Shown here in pieces: positions 36,068 to 45,874 of a stretch of 64,000 nt of DNA. The first letter of the stretch is position 1; the number at the start of each line of letters is the position of its first letter. Source of the DNA: a virus; the IMG/VR virus record IMGVR_UViG_3300038457_000086, positions 3,097 to 67,096 of that record; one strand, written 5' to 3'. The translations under genes were made by a program, and so were the position numbers. The notes beneath the pieces were generated by a model. It saw nothing but the letters and a program-made list of their open reading frames with translations. It was not told where the DNA came from and made no database searches.

Positions 36068-36550
36068 ATGTCACGCCCAAAGCTAGCAGCCATCCTCGCC
36101 GTACTCGTCTCGCTCTCGCTGCCCGCTAGCACAGTCGCCTATCCCATCGGGATGAATGTTGTCAACGGCCCCACATTGAGGGCTGAGGCCACCGCTACGT
36201 CCTACTGGGGGCAACAGCTCCATTGCCCGACGGGTGTGCGCGTGCAGTACAGCAGCACTGCAGGTGTGTCCTTCGCGGATGCTTCGTCGGATGCGGGGGT
36301 GCTTGCCTGGTCTATCGTTGATGATCCGCTGTGCGTGATTCACCTAAACGAAGAAGTATGGGCACGACGGAATCCCGCAACAACGGAGGCCATAAACTAC
36401 CGCTGGTTTTGTGATGTAGTGGTACATGAGGAGGGACATTTCGCGGGTATCCCTGACGGCGGTTCACCCAGCTCGATAATGAACGCCATCGTAGAAGAAG
36501 GCTCGCCTAACTTTGATGCTGTGCCTCAATGTCGTGTCGCTACAAGATGA
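36068..36550 (+). CDS. Secreted metzincin-like zinc protease (moron)
   Basis: Signal peptide; HEEGHFAGIPD and SIM Met-turn; AGGAGG RBS. Confidence 0.75.
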   Translation: MSRPKLAAILAVLVSLSLPASTVAYPIGMNVVNGPTLRAEATATSYWGQQLHCPTGVRVQYSSTAGVSFADASSDAGVLAWSIVDDPLCVIHLNEEVWARRNPATTEAINYRWFCDVVVHEEGHFAGIPDGGSPSSIMNAIVEEGSPNFDAVPQCRVATR

Positions 36551-36596
36551 TGACTGTATAGATGGCGTTGTCGCTGGCTGCCGGGTTCCACGGTGG

Positions 36597-37322
36597 CTAG
36601 CTAGCACTGAGGGCGACGAAGCTAAAGTTAACTCCAACCGCCACGTTTTCCGAGAACTGCCTCATTATAAAGCCTTTTGCGGTCGTCGTTTCTACAGTGG
36701 CCACGCAATTTTTGTTGGCGCATGTGCTAATCACCGCGTAGTTAGCCGATGACTTTTCTTTAGTCCAGGTAATTTCGTACTTACCTGTTTCGATTTTTAC
36801 CGCCGTAAAGTCCCCGCTCCCGGACAAAGTCGCTCCGGTGGTTCCGGTGATCTCGCCCCATGATAGGAAGCTTTGCGTGGTGCCCGTCTCCTGGCGCACG
36901 GTACCCTCACCGAGCTTCACTCCGGTGACAGCCGCGGCGGCAAGCTTGGGTTCCGTGACCGCAAGGTTCGCTAGTAGGGGGGTCCCAACCGATTCGGGCT
37001 CGGCCGAGACGAGGTCCCGGACGATATACACCGATTTGAGCCCCGCACCGGATATCAGGATGTCGTATGTAGCTGGCGCGATCCAGTAGCAGGCCCACGC
37101 CGGGGAGGCAGATTCGCCCTGGGTCAACGACCCCCTGCTGTCTGTCGTCAGTACGTTTGAGCCCGTGGTGGTCGCTTCGGTCTCGGTGGTATAGATGGTT
37201 GCGGCCGCCCCAGACCCGAGAGATTTGCCGGGTTCGTGAATCGTAAACGTGAATTTGTCGCCTACCAGCGCGGAGCCCGTAACTGGAGACTGGAGCACGA
37301 AAGGTATAGGGCAGCGTGCCAT
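36597..37322 (-). CDS. Tail fibre protein
   Basis: ATIYTTE...TDSRG...YDILISG N-domain, AVT-x-x-KL repeats, TGKYEITW C-domain. Confidence 0.65.
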   Translation of the reverse strand: MARCPIPFVLQSPVTGSALVGDKFTFTIHEPGKSLGSGAAATIYTTETEATTTGSNVLTTDSRGSLTQGESASPAWACYWIAPATYDILISGAGLKSVYIVRDLVSAEPESVGTPLLANLAVTEPKLAAAAVTGVKLGEGTVRQETGTTQSFLSWGEITGTTGATLSGSGDFTAVKIETGKYEITWTKEKSSANYAVISTCANKNCVATVETTTAKGFIMRQFSENVAVGVNFSFVALSAS

Positions 37323-37332
37323 TGTCAGCTCC

Positions 37333-38508
37333 TCAGATTTCCGTGAGGGTTAGGGAGATGTCTGATTCGGCCAGCGAGACGTACTGGTCCGGGAACGTCG
37401 GGATGTCCGTCGCCCCCGTTTCCGGATAGATCGCGAGTCTAGTAAGCGGAATGCTAATCGAGATCACGTTCGGGAGGGCGTGGATCGCCTCGATTAGCCC
37501 ACTCATAAACAGAGTGCCACCGAGGCCGACTTTCTGGACATATTCGACCGCGAGCTTCACGACTTCCGCTTCCAACGTCGTCGGGTCAATACCCGGTGCA
37601 TAGTAGATCGTCCCGCTGAACCGGAGACGCTGTTTGCCCCGTGGAGAGCCAAGGGCCGCCGCGGAGACCACGACCACTTTCTGGTTGATCGTGGCGGCTT
37701 CTTCACACGCCGACGTGACCGCCGCAAGGAGGCCTTCGACGCCCTGGTAGGCCACTTCGACATAGCTCGGTTCGACGACGGTGCTGTTGCTGCGCTCCGT
37801 GCCGGCCCTGAGCACACCGACCGATTCCACGCCGGGTACGGAGAGAGCGGCGCCTTCGAAGCTGACCTTGCGGCCCTTCACGCGGCCCTGCACAACCTTC
37901 GGGATGCGTGCTCGGTACGCTTCGTCGGTCTCTTCGTTGACGCCCCCTGTGAACGTCACGGAGACGACGAAGCCGGTGGCGCTCGAGATGCCGCTCACGG
38001 GACTGATCGGCACGAGCACCGTTCCCTCGGTGATGTTTCCGACGGTTCCGCCGATCACGGCCTGCGCTTGCACGGTCGCTTCCGTAACGCCTTCCGCAAA
38101 TTCAGCGTCCGTCGTCGTGAGGAACGCGACACCTTCCCCACCCGGTACCGACGGAGGCACAGTCAGCTGGCCCCATGCGGCGGGGATCGTCAGTGCTCCA
38201 TCGCCGGATTCGCGGGTGATCTTGACAGTGCCCGTCGCCTGAACAGCAGGGAGTCTGGTGACCTGCCAGTTGGAGCCCTGCGCATCCAACGCCGCTTCCG
38301 TCGCCGTTTCCAAGAACGAGTCCTGCTGGAGCTGGTCCGCGACCTGGGACTGGGTACTCACAAGGATCGCCGTGTTCTCAATCATCGTCCGCGTCGCCGA
38401 GCCTTCGCTAAAATCGCTTAGCGGCGAGTCTTCAGACTGCATGGAGGCGATCTGCAATCCGACGGCCGTATCGACGGGGATGTAGACGCTAGTGACGGGT
38501 CCGGGCAC
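37333..38508 (-). CDS. Baseplate J-like protein
   Basis: SDFSEGSATRT, ETATEAALD, ATGTVKITR, GGVNEETDEAYRARI, ALSVPGV. Confidence 0.9.
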   Translation of the reverse strand: MPGPVTSVYIPVDTAVGLQIASMQSEDSPLSDFSEGSATRTMIENTAILVSTQSQVADQLQQDSFLETATEAALDAQGSNWQVTRLPAVQATGTVKITRESGDGALTIPAAWGQLTVPPSVPGGEGVAFLTTTDAEFAEGVTEATVQAQAVIGGTVGNITEGTVLVPISPVSGISSATGFVVSVTFTGGVNEETDEAYRARIPKVVQGRVKGRKVSFEGAALSVPGVESVGVLRAGTERSNSTVVEPSYVEVAYQGVEGLLAAVTSACEEAATINQKVVVVSAAALGSPRGKQRLRFSGTIYYAPGIDPTTLEAEVVKLAVEYVQKVGLGGTLFMSGLIEAIHALPNVISISIPLTRLAIYPETGATDIPTFPDQYVSLAESDISLTLTEI

Positions 38509-38511
38509 GGG

Positions 38512-39057
38512 TCAGCTCCCTGTGATGTCATTTACCAAGCTGTTGACTTCCGATTCGTCTTCGATTTCGCGTGTTTCGTCTTCCCCCGCGAAGTAGGGCT
38601 GTTCTTCGAACGGGCTCAGGTCGGATTCCCCGGATACATTCCCGGTGAGCGTCACTTCGCTCAGCCGGACTTCGCCGGGTAGCCCGGAGACCGCGAACTG
38701 CTCACCGCCGGCCAGAAGCACGGTCACTTCGAGGGACACGGCCGTAGGGTTACCCGACGCGGGGTATTCCACGCCTGTCACGGTCGCGGACTGGATACGT
38801 GGGTCGTTGACTATCGCCTGCGCCAACTCGCCGTTCAACGCTGCCGCTACCGCGGTCGGGTCCATCTTCGACCCGGTCGGTAGGTCCGTACCGTACGTCG
38901 GGTGCAACGCGAGGTCGCCCAACGCTGTGCGTATGCGCAGCTGGAGGGCCTGCGCCATCACCTGGTATTCGCCGATTGTCGTCAGGCCGCCAGCCGAGTT
39001 GACCGCGAGATCCCCATCACCTTCGATCGCGAGGTCCACGCCGTATTCGTTGCCCAT
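38512..39057 (-). CDS. Baseplate gp25/gp46-like (sheath initiator)
   Basis: GDL...QALQLRIRTALGDLALHPTYG...DPRI. Confidence 0.85.
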   Translation of the reverse strand: MGNEYGVDLAIEGDGDLAVNSAGGLTTIGEYQVMAQALQLRIRTALGDLALHPTYGTDLPTGSKMDPTAVAAALNGELAQAIVNDPRIQSATVTGVEYPASGNPTAVSLEVTVLLAGGEQFAVSGLPGEVRLSEVTLTGNVSGESDLSPFEEQPYFAGEDETREIEDESEVNSLVNDITGS

Positions 39058-39058
39058 G

Positions 39059-39358
39059 TCAGCTCACCACTTTCGGCGCCCCACCGGTCTTGTCGCTCAT
39101 CACCTGGAGCACAACGCGCATCCGCTCGTCTCCTTGTAGTTCGCCGAGCAGCACCCTGTCTCCGATCTGCGGTTCGTACCAGAGCGGGTAGCGCGCACCG
39201 ACCGTCACAGAGCGCCCCGATGTCATCCGGGCATCCAGCTTGCCATGCGCATGGACCGTCACGACTTCGGCTTCGCGCAGCCCAGTGGCCGCGCCTGCGT
39301 TAGAGCGTGTGAGGCCTCGCACACCCTGTAGCCGGTCGATGTCGTTCTGGCGCAGCAT
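39059..39358 (-). CDS. Baseplate spike OB-fold protein
   Basis: YEPQIGDRVLL; position. Confidence 0.6.
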   Translation of the reverse strand: MLRQNDIDRLQGVRGLTRSNAGAATGLREAEVVTVHAHGKLDARMTSGRSVTVGARYPLWYEPQIGDRVLLGELQGDERMRVVLQVMSDKTGGAPKVVS

Positions 39359-41283
39359 TAGAAGCCCTTTGGGTGACGAACGACGAACCTCGACAGATCC
39401 TCATTACCATCCCCGCGCATGCCCTGATACCAGTGCCCTTCGCCGTGGTCCCAGGAGATCCCGGCGACGACCATCCACACGTGTTCGGCGTTGGCGTAGA
39501 TAGTCACCCACTTCCCAGGACCCGATTCGAACATTCCCTCGAGGTCGCCGCTCGTGGGTGTTTCGTTCCCGATCAGGCCAGCATGGAAGAGAAGGTAGTC
39601 GACTGAGCTGGAGCAGTCGTAGGATTGCGCCGGGGTTTCAAGGGATTGCCCGTGGCCACCGCCGTAGACATACGGCTTGTTGCGGATTTCGTTGCCGGCG
39701 GAAAGCATCTGCCGTACCTGCCGTGGGGCTTCAGCTGGTGCTACGGCTTCGCCGTTCGCGAGGACCTTGCCCGACTCGCCGGGGATCGTGTTCGCTTCCT
39801 GTCCTTCCGCAGCCCCCGAGTTTGGTTCGCTCACACCCCCGACTTCGGCGAGCATCGCGGCTTCCGACGGGTTAGCAGCGAGAACCATGCTCTTCCACTC
39901 GGGGTCCCACGGGTCCCGACCATGCGTCAGTTCGAGTGTGGTCTTGTAGCCCTGGCCGTCGATGTATTCGTGGCTGACACCTTCGATGTAGAAGGTCCGT
40001 TCGATTTTCTTTCCGCGCAAAGTGCCCTTGATCAGGATCGTCGTGCCGAGGCGAATGTTCGGCTCGCCGGGGATCGTCACGGTACCGGTCTTTGTGAGGC
40101 GGTTCCCGAGGAATTTCAGCAGCCCCTGGGCCTGGGCTTGGGCTTGGGCCTGGCTGACGAGCAGCGGGCTGGTGACCTGGTAGGGACGGAGCCCGTACTT
40201 GCGTTGCCGTCGGTACCAGTAGTTCTCGGCGCCCTTCTTTGTGACTTCGCCTTTCCCGTTCGCGTCGATCACGAATTCTTTGTCTACATAGGCGTGGCCT
40301 TCGTCCCCGGTGCCCGTGATGCTCGCGTGATAGTTTGATGGCATCGGAGCGCGACCAGCCGCCGTGGCTTGCTGTGCGGCGGTGCTGATTCCCAGCGCCC
40401 CGGATGGCACGACCTCTACGTAGGTCACGAGCCCGACATCGGAGCCGCCTAGCTGGTCGTTCAGGAGTCCTTCCGTGGAGAGCACGTAGTTGACGGGGAG
40501 ATCCCACCCTGGTGGGCGGTAGACGACGTACCCAAACTCGTCAACCCAACCCTCGGTGAAACCTGTGATCGTGAGCGCCGTGAGGACCTGGTCGGTGGTG
40601 TTTTCGTCGAACTGGATGTAGGGAACATGGTAGGTCCCCTCACCTTTGACTTTGACCTCTTCGAAGCGGGTGTCCTTGTTCAACCAGTGCTTGGCGGCGG
40701 GGGTGCCGGAGATCCCGACGCGTTTGGATTCACCGACTATGTAGCGTCGGTAGACGTAGCCAAAGATTTCCTTGGGGACGGTCACACTGACGGTCGTACC
40801 GGCCTTTTCGGTGCTATCACCCAGACCGAACGTCAACGCGGTTGGAAGGAGTCCCTGCGTTTCCCAGACCGGCAGGAACAGGCTGTTGATCTGCAAATAC
40901 TTCCCCATGCAGCGGCCTTCGATGACCGTGTTCTCCGAAGCCGATTCGAGTTCAGCCGCATCTTCTTTTTCGACGTTATCTACAACCCCGTGTAGAACTG
41001 TCGTCAGGGGTACGTTGTGCCCCTTGAGCTTGATGATCGCCACATCCATCGGAGCTATGGCGTGTTCGGCCCTGGCGTCCTTGAGTACGATCCGAAACGT
41101 CCCAGAGATGTTCGTGATGTTCTTCGACGTTTCGATACTGACGATCGACGTGGTATCGAACTCGCCGTGAATCACCTTCGCCGGGTTGCCGTCCCGATAC
41201 CAGTCGATCTGGTAGGCCGGGGTGTAGCGGCGGTCCCATGGGCCGAGCCTGACAACATCCTTTGAGATCGCCTGGACGGCCAT
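39358..41283 (-). CDS. Baseplate hub with C-terminal NlpC/P60-like peptidoglycan hydrolase
   Basis: GEPNIRLG, FYIEGVSH, TTLELTHG hub motifs; KPYVYGGGH...YDCSS...EHV. Confidence 0.85.
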   Translation of the reverse strand: MAVQAISKDVVRLGPWDRRYTPAYQIDWYRDGNPAKVIHGEFDTTSIVSIETSKNITNISGTFRIVLKDARAEHAIAPMDVAIIKLKGHNVPLTTVLHGVVDNVEKEDAAELESASENTVIEGRCMGKYLQINSLFLPVWETQGLLPTALTFGLGDSTEKAGTTVSVTVPKEIFGYVYRRYIVGESKRVGISGTPAAKHWLNKDTRFEEVKVKGEGTYHVPYIQFDENTTDQVLTALTITGFTEGWVDEFGYVVYRPPGWDLPVNYVLSTEGLLNDQLGGSDVGLVTYVEVVPSGALGISTAAQQATAAGRAPMPSNYHASITGTGDEGHAYVDKEFVIDANGKGEVTKKGAENYWYRRQRKYGLRPYQVTSPLLVSQAQAQAQAQGLLKFLGNRLTKTGTVTIPGEPNIRLGTTILIKGTLRGKKIERTFYIEGVSHEYIDGQGYKTTLELTHGRDPWDPEWKSMVLAANPSEAAMLAEVGGVSEPNSGAAEGQEANTIPGESGKVLANGEAVAPAEAPRQVRQMLSAGNEIRNKPYVYGGGHGQSLETPAQSYDCSSSVDYLLFHAGLIGNETPTSGDLEGMFESGPGKWVTIYANAEHVWMVVAGISWDHGEGHWYQGMRGDGNEDLSRFVVRHPKGF

Positions 41284-42176
41284 CAGGCCGGGACCGTGAT
41301 TATCTCGCCCTCATGGACATGGTTGCGCTTCACTTCTACCGTGGAGACCGGCGTTGTGCTGTTCAGCGGCGAGTAGATGTTCTCTGGCCGGTTCTTTGCG
41401 ATGCTCGGGTTGAGCTTGACGATCGCTTTCTCCATCGCCAGCGTTTGCTTCGCTGTCGGTTTCTTCCCAGCGAGTTGGGTGGCGATCTTCTTCAGCGTCT
41501 CGTTCGCTTTCACGCGGTAAGGCTTCGTCTTCCCCTTTGCCCCAGGGAGGGCGGTCGGGTTGGATGGCTTTTCGAGGCCGATCATCGTGATCGTGAGCTG
41601 CCACACGTTGTTCTGCGACACGGAGCGCATCAGCGAAAAGCTGTTCTGTGCCGGGAAGTACACGCGCTCGGGTATCTTCGCGGCGGCAGGTAGGCCAGCG
41701 AACAGGTGGTTGTCGTAGAAGAACACTTCCACGGGCGTATTGCTATATCCGGGACCTGCGGCTGGCACCCAGATCTGGTCGTAGAACCCGAGGACGCTCT
41801 CTCTCAGTGATTGGTATTCCCCGGGCTTCTGGATGCCAGCTCCGATGAGCTGGTTGATCTGGATCGAAGTTGGGCCGGCACCGAAGTCATCGACGTAGAA
41901 TGCTCCCCTGGTCGCAAACATCTGCGTTCTGGTAGTCGGAGACCGGGTGATCGCCTGCGGGTTGATCGAAAACGCCCAATTTGCGATTTCCTTGCCATCC
42001 TGCTTCAAAATCCAGCCGACGCGCGGGTTAGCTGTAGGGCTCTTAGCGTTCCACGAGAACGGGGACGCGTTGGCGGTCGCGAGCTGCTTGGTTGCGCCTG
42101 CAGCAAAGCCTTCGATTGCGCGTTCCCCGTCGAGCTTGAGGGCTTCCTGGCTACCGGGATAGGCGTAGACGCTCAT
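41283..42176 (-). CDS. Tail tube initiator with LysM-like C-terminus
   Basis: FSINPQAI...; YRVKANETLKKIA...LNPSI...GEIITVP. Confidence 0.75.
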   Translation of the reverse strand: MSVYAYPGSQEALKLDGERAIEGFAAGATKQLATANASPFSWNAKSPTANPRVGWILKQDGKEIANWAFSINPQAITRSPTTRTQMFATRGAFYVDDFGAGPTSIQINQLIGAGIQKPGEYQSLRESVLGFYDQIWVPAAGPGYSNTPVEVFFYDNHLFAGLPAAAKIPERVYFPAQNSFSLMRSVSQNNVWQLTITMIGLEKPSNPTALPGAKGKTKPYRVKANETLKKIATQLAGKKPTAKQTLAMEKAIVKLNPSIAKNRPENIYSPLNSTTPVSTVEVKRNHVHEGEIITVPA

Positions 42177-44521
42177 ACGAGCTGCCCTCCGACCTTGGCC
42201 TTGTGCTGTTCGACCTTTGACCCTCCGACGTTCACATTGACGTTGATGTGCAACTGCTTAGCGAGCGCCGCAAGATCTTCAGCCGACATGCGCGCATCCG
42301 TTCCGAAGTTGCCAGATGTACCGGTGCCCGGATATTGCCCGGTCAGGCCGAAGTTGCTCTTGGCCTTCCCGAAGCTCGACTCGGCCCCATAAACGCCCCA
42401 CAGAACGTTGAAGGGGATGCCGTACTTCTTAGCGTCCGCTTCAACCGTCGCGCGATCACCAGCGTGTGCTCCGCCGCCGGACTGTTCGCCGGCGAGCTGT
42501 TCGACGTGAGAGAGACCGTAGCTGTTGCCGCTGTACTTCTCGAGCACCGAGTTCCAGCCACCGCTAGCCGATCCGGAGTAGGACGCCAATTGAGTTCCCG
42601 CACCCGCGCTCATCGGGGTCGTGCCGCCCCCCTTCGATAGGAACGCGGCCATGACCATCCCCGGAACACTGGACTGCATTGCCGCTACCGCAGGTGCACC
42701 CATGAACGACGCGTTGTGCATCGCCGCACCCCCGCCGTAGGAGGTGCTGTGGGTGCCGGTCATCTTCGCGACGGCTTCGGAGAACTTCTTGACCGCTTCG
42801 GAGAACTGTGCCCCTTCCCCGCCGCCGCTAGCGGTCCCGGCCGCGTTGAGGGACTGCTGGAGAAGATGCGTCGCGGCCCATGGGTGCATGCTTGTCTGCG
42901 ATTCCCCGATCCCCACCGACGTCTCCTGGTCATAGTGGGAGTGCGGGTTGTTCAGTTCTTTTTCCATCCACTTGCGTCCGGCGCCCGTGTTCCACCCGGA
43001 CCCAAACTTTCGCTGGGCGGCAGCCGCGACCCCTTCGACGGCTTTCGCGTTAGCGCGCTGTTCGATCGCCTTGCGTGAGTTGCCCGACACGTTTCCAGAG
43101 AGGCCTCCACCGGTAAGTTTCCCGATGATGTCGCCGCTGCCACCCGGATCGATCAGCGACATGACCGTCGACAGTACACCAGCCGTTGCCACACCGCCGG
43201 CCAGATCCCCGAGCGTTGCACCACCTGCCTCCGCGGCACCCTCCGCGCCCCCGCCGAACAGTCCCTCTATACCGCTCTGCACTCCTCCGATGGCGGCTTT
43301 CCCCGCGCCCGCGCCAAGGATCAGTCCGCCAAGAGTCGCCCCAGCCCCGCCGAGGCTTCCGAATGCGAATCCCTGCACTTTGCCGGCGAGTTTCGACAGC
43401 CATGATTCAGGGGTCGTGAGAGTCTGTGCGTTGTGAGCTTCTTTGGCTTCCTTCTTCACCTGCGGCGTAGCGACATGTAGAGCCTTGGTCCCCCCATGCG
43501 TCGCGGATTCGATGCGTTCCAACGCGTCGGCCCCAGCCTCACCCTGGCCGAGTTCGAGGTACAAGAGGCGCCGCATTTTCCAGTCCGTTTCGGTGTTCCC
43601 GGGGTACTGGCGGTTGGCCTCCCGCACGATCTTTTCCATGGTGGCCGGGTCGTTGAACCCGAGCTGCGATTCCTTGAAGCTAACACCGGCCATTTTCATG
43701 AACGCGTACACGCGCGGGTTCTGGTAGGCACCCTGCAGAGTTCCACCAATGCCCTGCGCGGCCTGTTCGGCGACACCGGGCTGACGCAGCACGCTCCCAG
43801 GGCCGGAGATCGCGTTGATGAGCGAGGAGATCCCGCCAACGCTCACGCCCTTACCAGACCCCCCTGCAGTCCCGAGGGCCGCGGAGGTCGTGAGGTTCGA
43901 GACGACGGGCAGCATCCCTTCGATCTGCGAGCCGGGAAAGGCTGTGAGGTTCGCTCGAGCTTCTCCAAGCGTGTACGCAGACGCACTAGCTGTCGATCCT
44001 CGTCCCTCGGCCTGCAGCATCGGTCCCAGAATGGCTCCGAGCGTGGACGAGGGCATGCCGGTGACCTTGCTGTAGCCGGCGATGACTTCGGCGAGCATCC
44101 CGGCCTGTCCAGCGCGTGGGGAGAGGCCCACGCTCGCCGCGAGGGACCGCAGCGCGGATTCGGATTCGCCGACCGTCACGCCGGTGCGGGACTGCACGCC
44201 GAGCAGTTCCTGGCCGATGGGGTGATATGCGCCTGGGCCGCCGGTGACCTTGCCCATCGCGAGTGCGACATTTGACGCGGAGGTCTCGACCTTCACGAAC
44301 TTGTCCAGCAGCGCACCAACCCCGGCGACACCGGCGAGGTCGGCGACTGTGCGGGCGACGCCCTCCATCCCGGTCCCGATACGAGTAACGGTCTGCTCGA
44401 CTTTGGTGAACGACTCGTCCTGTTTCTTGAGCTGGTCTTCGATCGCCTGGGTGCCACCGCGGTCGATGATCAGTTTCAGGACCGCCTGCACAGGGATCGA
44501 GCCGCTGCTGTCAACTGCCAT
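42173..44521 (-). CDS. Tape measure protein with C-terminal lysozyme-like (SLT) segment
   Basis: Long Ala/Gly-rich ORF after the chaperones; AKKYGIPFNVLWGVYGAESSFG. Confidence 0.8.
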   Translation of the reverse strand: MAVDSSGSIPVQAVLKLIIDRGGTQAIEDQLKKQDESFTKVEQTVTRIGTGMEGVARTVADLAGVAGVGALLDKFVKVETSASNVALAMGKVTGGPGAYHPIGQELLGVQSRTGVTVGESESALRSLAASVGLSPRAGQAGMLAEVIAGYSKVTGMPSSTLGAILGPMLQAEGRGSTASASAYTLGEARANLTAFPGSQIEGMLPVVSNLTTSAALGTAGGSGKGVSVGGISSLINAISGPGSVLRQPGVAEQAAQGIGGTLQGAYQNPRVYAFMKMAGVSFKESQLGFNDPATMEKIVREANRQYPGNTETDWKMRRLLYLELGQGEAGADALERIESATHGGTKALHVATPQVKKEAKEAHNAQTLTTPESWLSKLAGKVQGFAFGSLGGAGATLGGLILGAGAGKAAIGGVQSGIEGLFGGGAEGAAEAGGATLGDLAGGVATAGVLSTVMSLIDPGGSGDIIGKLTGGGLSGNVSGNSRKAIEQRANAKAVEGVAAAAQRKFGSGWNTGAGRKWMEKELNNPHSHYDQETSVGIGESQTSMHPWAATHLLQQSLNAAGTASGGGEGAQFSEAVKKFSEAVAKMTGTHSTSYGGGAAMHNASFMGAPAVAAMQSSVPGMVMAAFLSKGGGTTPMSAGAGTQLASYSGSASGGWNSVLEKYSGNSYGLSHVEQLAGEQSGGGAHAGDRATVEADAKKYGIPFNVLWGVYGAESSFGKAKSNFGLTGQYPGTGTSGNFGTDARMSAEDLAALAKQLHINVNVNVGGSKVEQHKAKVGGQLV

Positions 44522-44810
44522 TGCGGAACTCCTCTATGCTCGCGGGCTGAAGATCCTTTGGTGAGTCGAGGCCCAGAGCCTCCCATTCCCCGGCTGCGGC
44601 GCGTCCTAGTTCCTCCTCGAACTCATCCTCAGCGTCGGCTGCGCTCGGGTCTACGAGGGCACCTTTCGCCTCGAGGTCGATGAATGCGAACTCGCGGAGA
44701 TAGTCGGCGTCCGTCCAGTCTTCTAGGCGGGGGTCGTTGAAGGGGAGTCCGTATCCACGGGCGACGATGCGTCGGACCCGTTGCCATTCGTCTCCCCGGA
44801 GGATTTCCCC
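44511..44810 (-). CDS. Tail assembly chaperone -1 frameshift extension (gpGT-like)
   Basis: G GGG AAA at 44810-44804; -1 frame EILRGDEWQRVRRIVARGYGLPFNDPRL... is open to a TGA just inside the tape measure start and has no start codon. Confidence 0.85.
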   Translation of the reverse strand, partial: GEILRGDEWQRVRRIVARGYGLPFNDPRLEDWTDADYLREFAFIDLEAKGALVDPSAADAEDEFEEELGRAAAGEWEALGLDSPKDLQPASIEEFRNGS

Positions 44811-45217
44811 AGGTCACCGGCCCTGTTCAAGAGGCTTTGGCGCCAGTCGCAGAAGTTGAGCCACACCCTGACGGGGATCTCCATGTTCTCGTCGTCCATC
44901 GGGTCGTAGAGGTGCTTTTCGATGCGCTCATGGCCGTCCTCGGGATCGACCGTACGGCTCTCTGCCGTCACGATCGGCGCGAAGATCACCCTGAACCCGG
45001 CGAGCGCGCCGGCGAAGCGTGTGGTGCCTTCGCTCGCGGCATTTGGGTCTCCCCCCATCTCCCGGATCAGGAGGTCACATTCGTTGGCGTGCTTGAGCCA
45101 ATCCCGGTTTTTCGGGAGGTTCGCCACCCGTGCGGTTAGCTCACCGTGCTGCGGGTGCTTGAAGGTCTCGCTCCACGGCACCGCGTCGCCCGCTGCGATC
45201 TGTTGAAGCTCGTCCAT
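44723..45217 (-). CDS. Tail assembly chaperone
   Basis: Between tube and tape measure; AGGAG RBS; DLGK slippery site. Confidence 0.8.
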   Translation of the reverse strand: MDELQQIAAGDAVPWSETFKHPQHGELTARVANLPKNRDWLKHANECDLLIREMGGDPNAASEGTTRFAGALAGFRVIFAPIVTAESRTVDPEDGHERIEKHLYDPMDDENMEIPVRVWLNFCDWRQSLLNRAGDLGKSSGETNGNGSDASSPVDTDSPSTTPA

Positions 45218-45245
45218 GTTCTCTCTCCTTTGCTCGTACAACGAC

Positions 45246-45343
45246 AAAAAGCGCCACGGGCCGTCCACCCGAATCCGTCCCCGAGAGACGGCTCAACCCC
45301 AGGGAGGGGTTGCGACCTAGGTTGGGTGGGCGACCTGTGGCGC
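45246..45343. ncRNA. Multibranch structured element/terminator between tube and chaperone
   Basis: About 22-bp imperfect closing stem enclosing two hairpins; TTTTT follows on minus. Confidence 0.5.
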
Positions 45344-45401
45344 CTATATGACGACACCCGGAGGGTGTCTATGTTCGTGGCTGCCTATTCGGCTGCCACT
45401 C

Positions 45402-45869
45402 TCAGCCTTCTGAAAGCTGGCCGCCCTGCGGCTGGCCGATGACGACTACCGAGACGTTCGCCGCAACCGTGGCCTGCCCCGCGGTGTACTGGCGGTCGAG
45501 GCTGTTGATCGCGCAGTATTTGAACAGGTCGAGGATTTCGGTACTGCCGCTGCCCGTGATGGGGTTCTGTGCGGATTCGTCGACGGTCTCGAGTTCGAAG
45601 ATCGCTCCCTGTTCGAGTTCGTCGATCACATCGTTGTGGACCCACATCTTCGCGATCGTGAACGTGTATTCGCTGATGCCCTTCTTCAGCTCTACGGCGA
45701 CCTGTGCGCCGAGCTCGCGGAGGACCTGCACGTTGTTGTTCGCGGAGCGTCCCATGCTTTGGACACGTCCGACGCGGTTGTTGTTGATCCGCAGGTTGAT
45801 CCGTGTCGCGTTGCGGGACGTGATCCCTCCGGCACCCGGTTCTTCTTTTGGCTGCAAGATAGTAGCCAT
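45402..45869 (-). CDS. Tail tube protein
   Basis: LRINNNRVGRVQS...LRELG; follows the sheath. Confidence 0.8.
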   Translation of the reverse strand: MATILQPKEEPGAGGITSRNATRINLRINNNRVGRVQSMGRSANNNVQVLRELGAQVAVELKKGISEYTFTIAKMWVHNDVIDELEQGAIFELETVDESAQNPITGSGSTEILDLFKYCAINSLDRQYTAGQATVAANVSVVVIGQPQGGQLSEG

Positions 45870-45874
45870 TCAGA

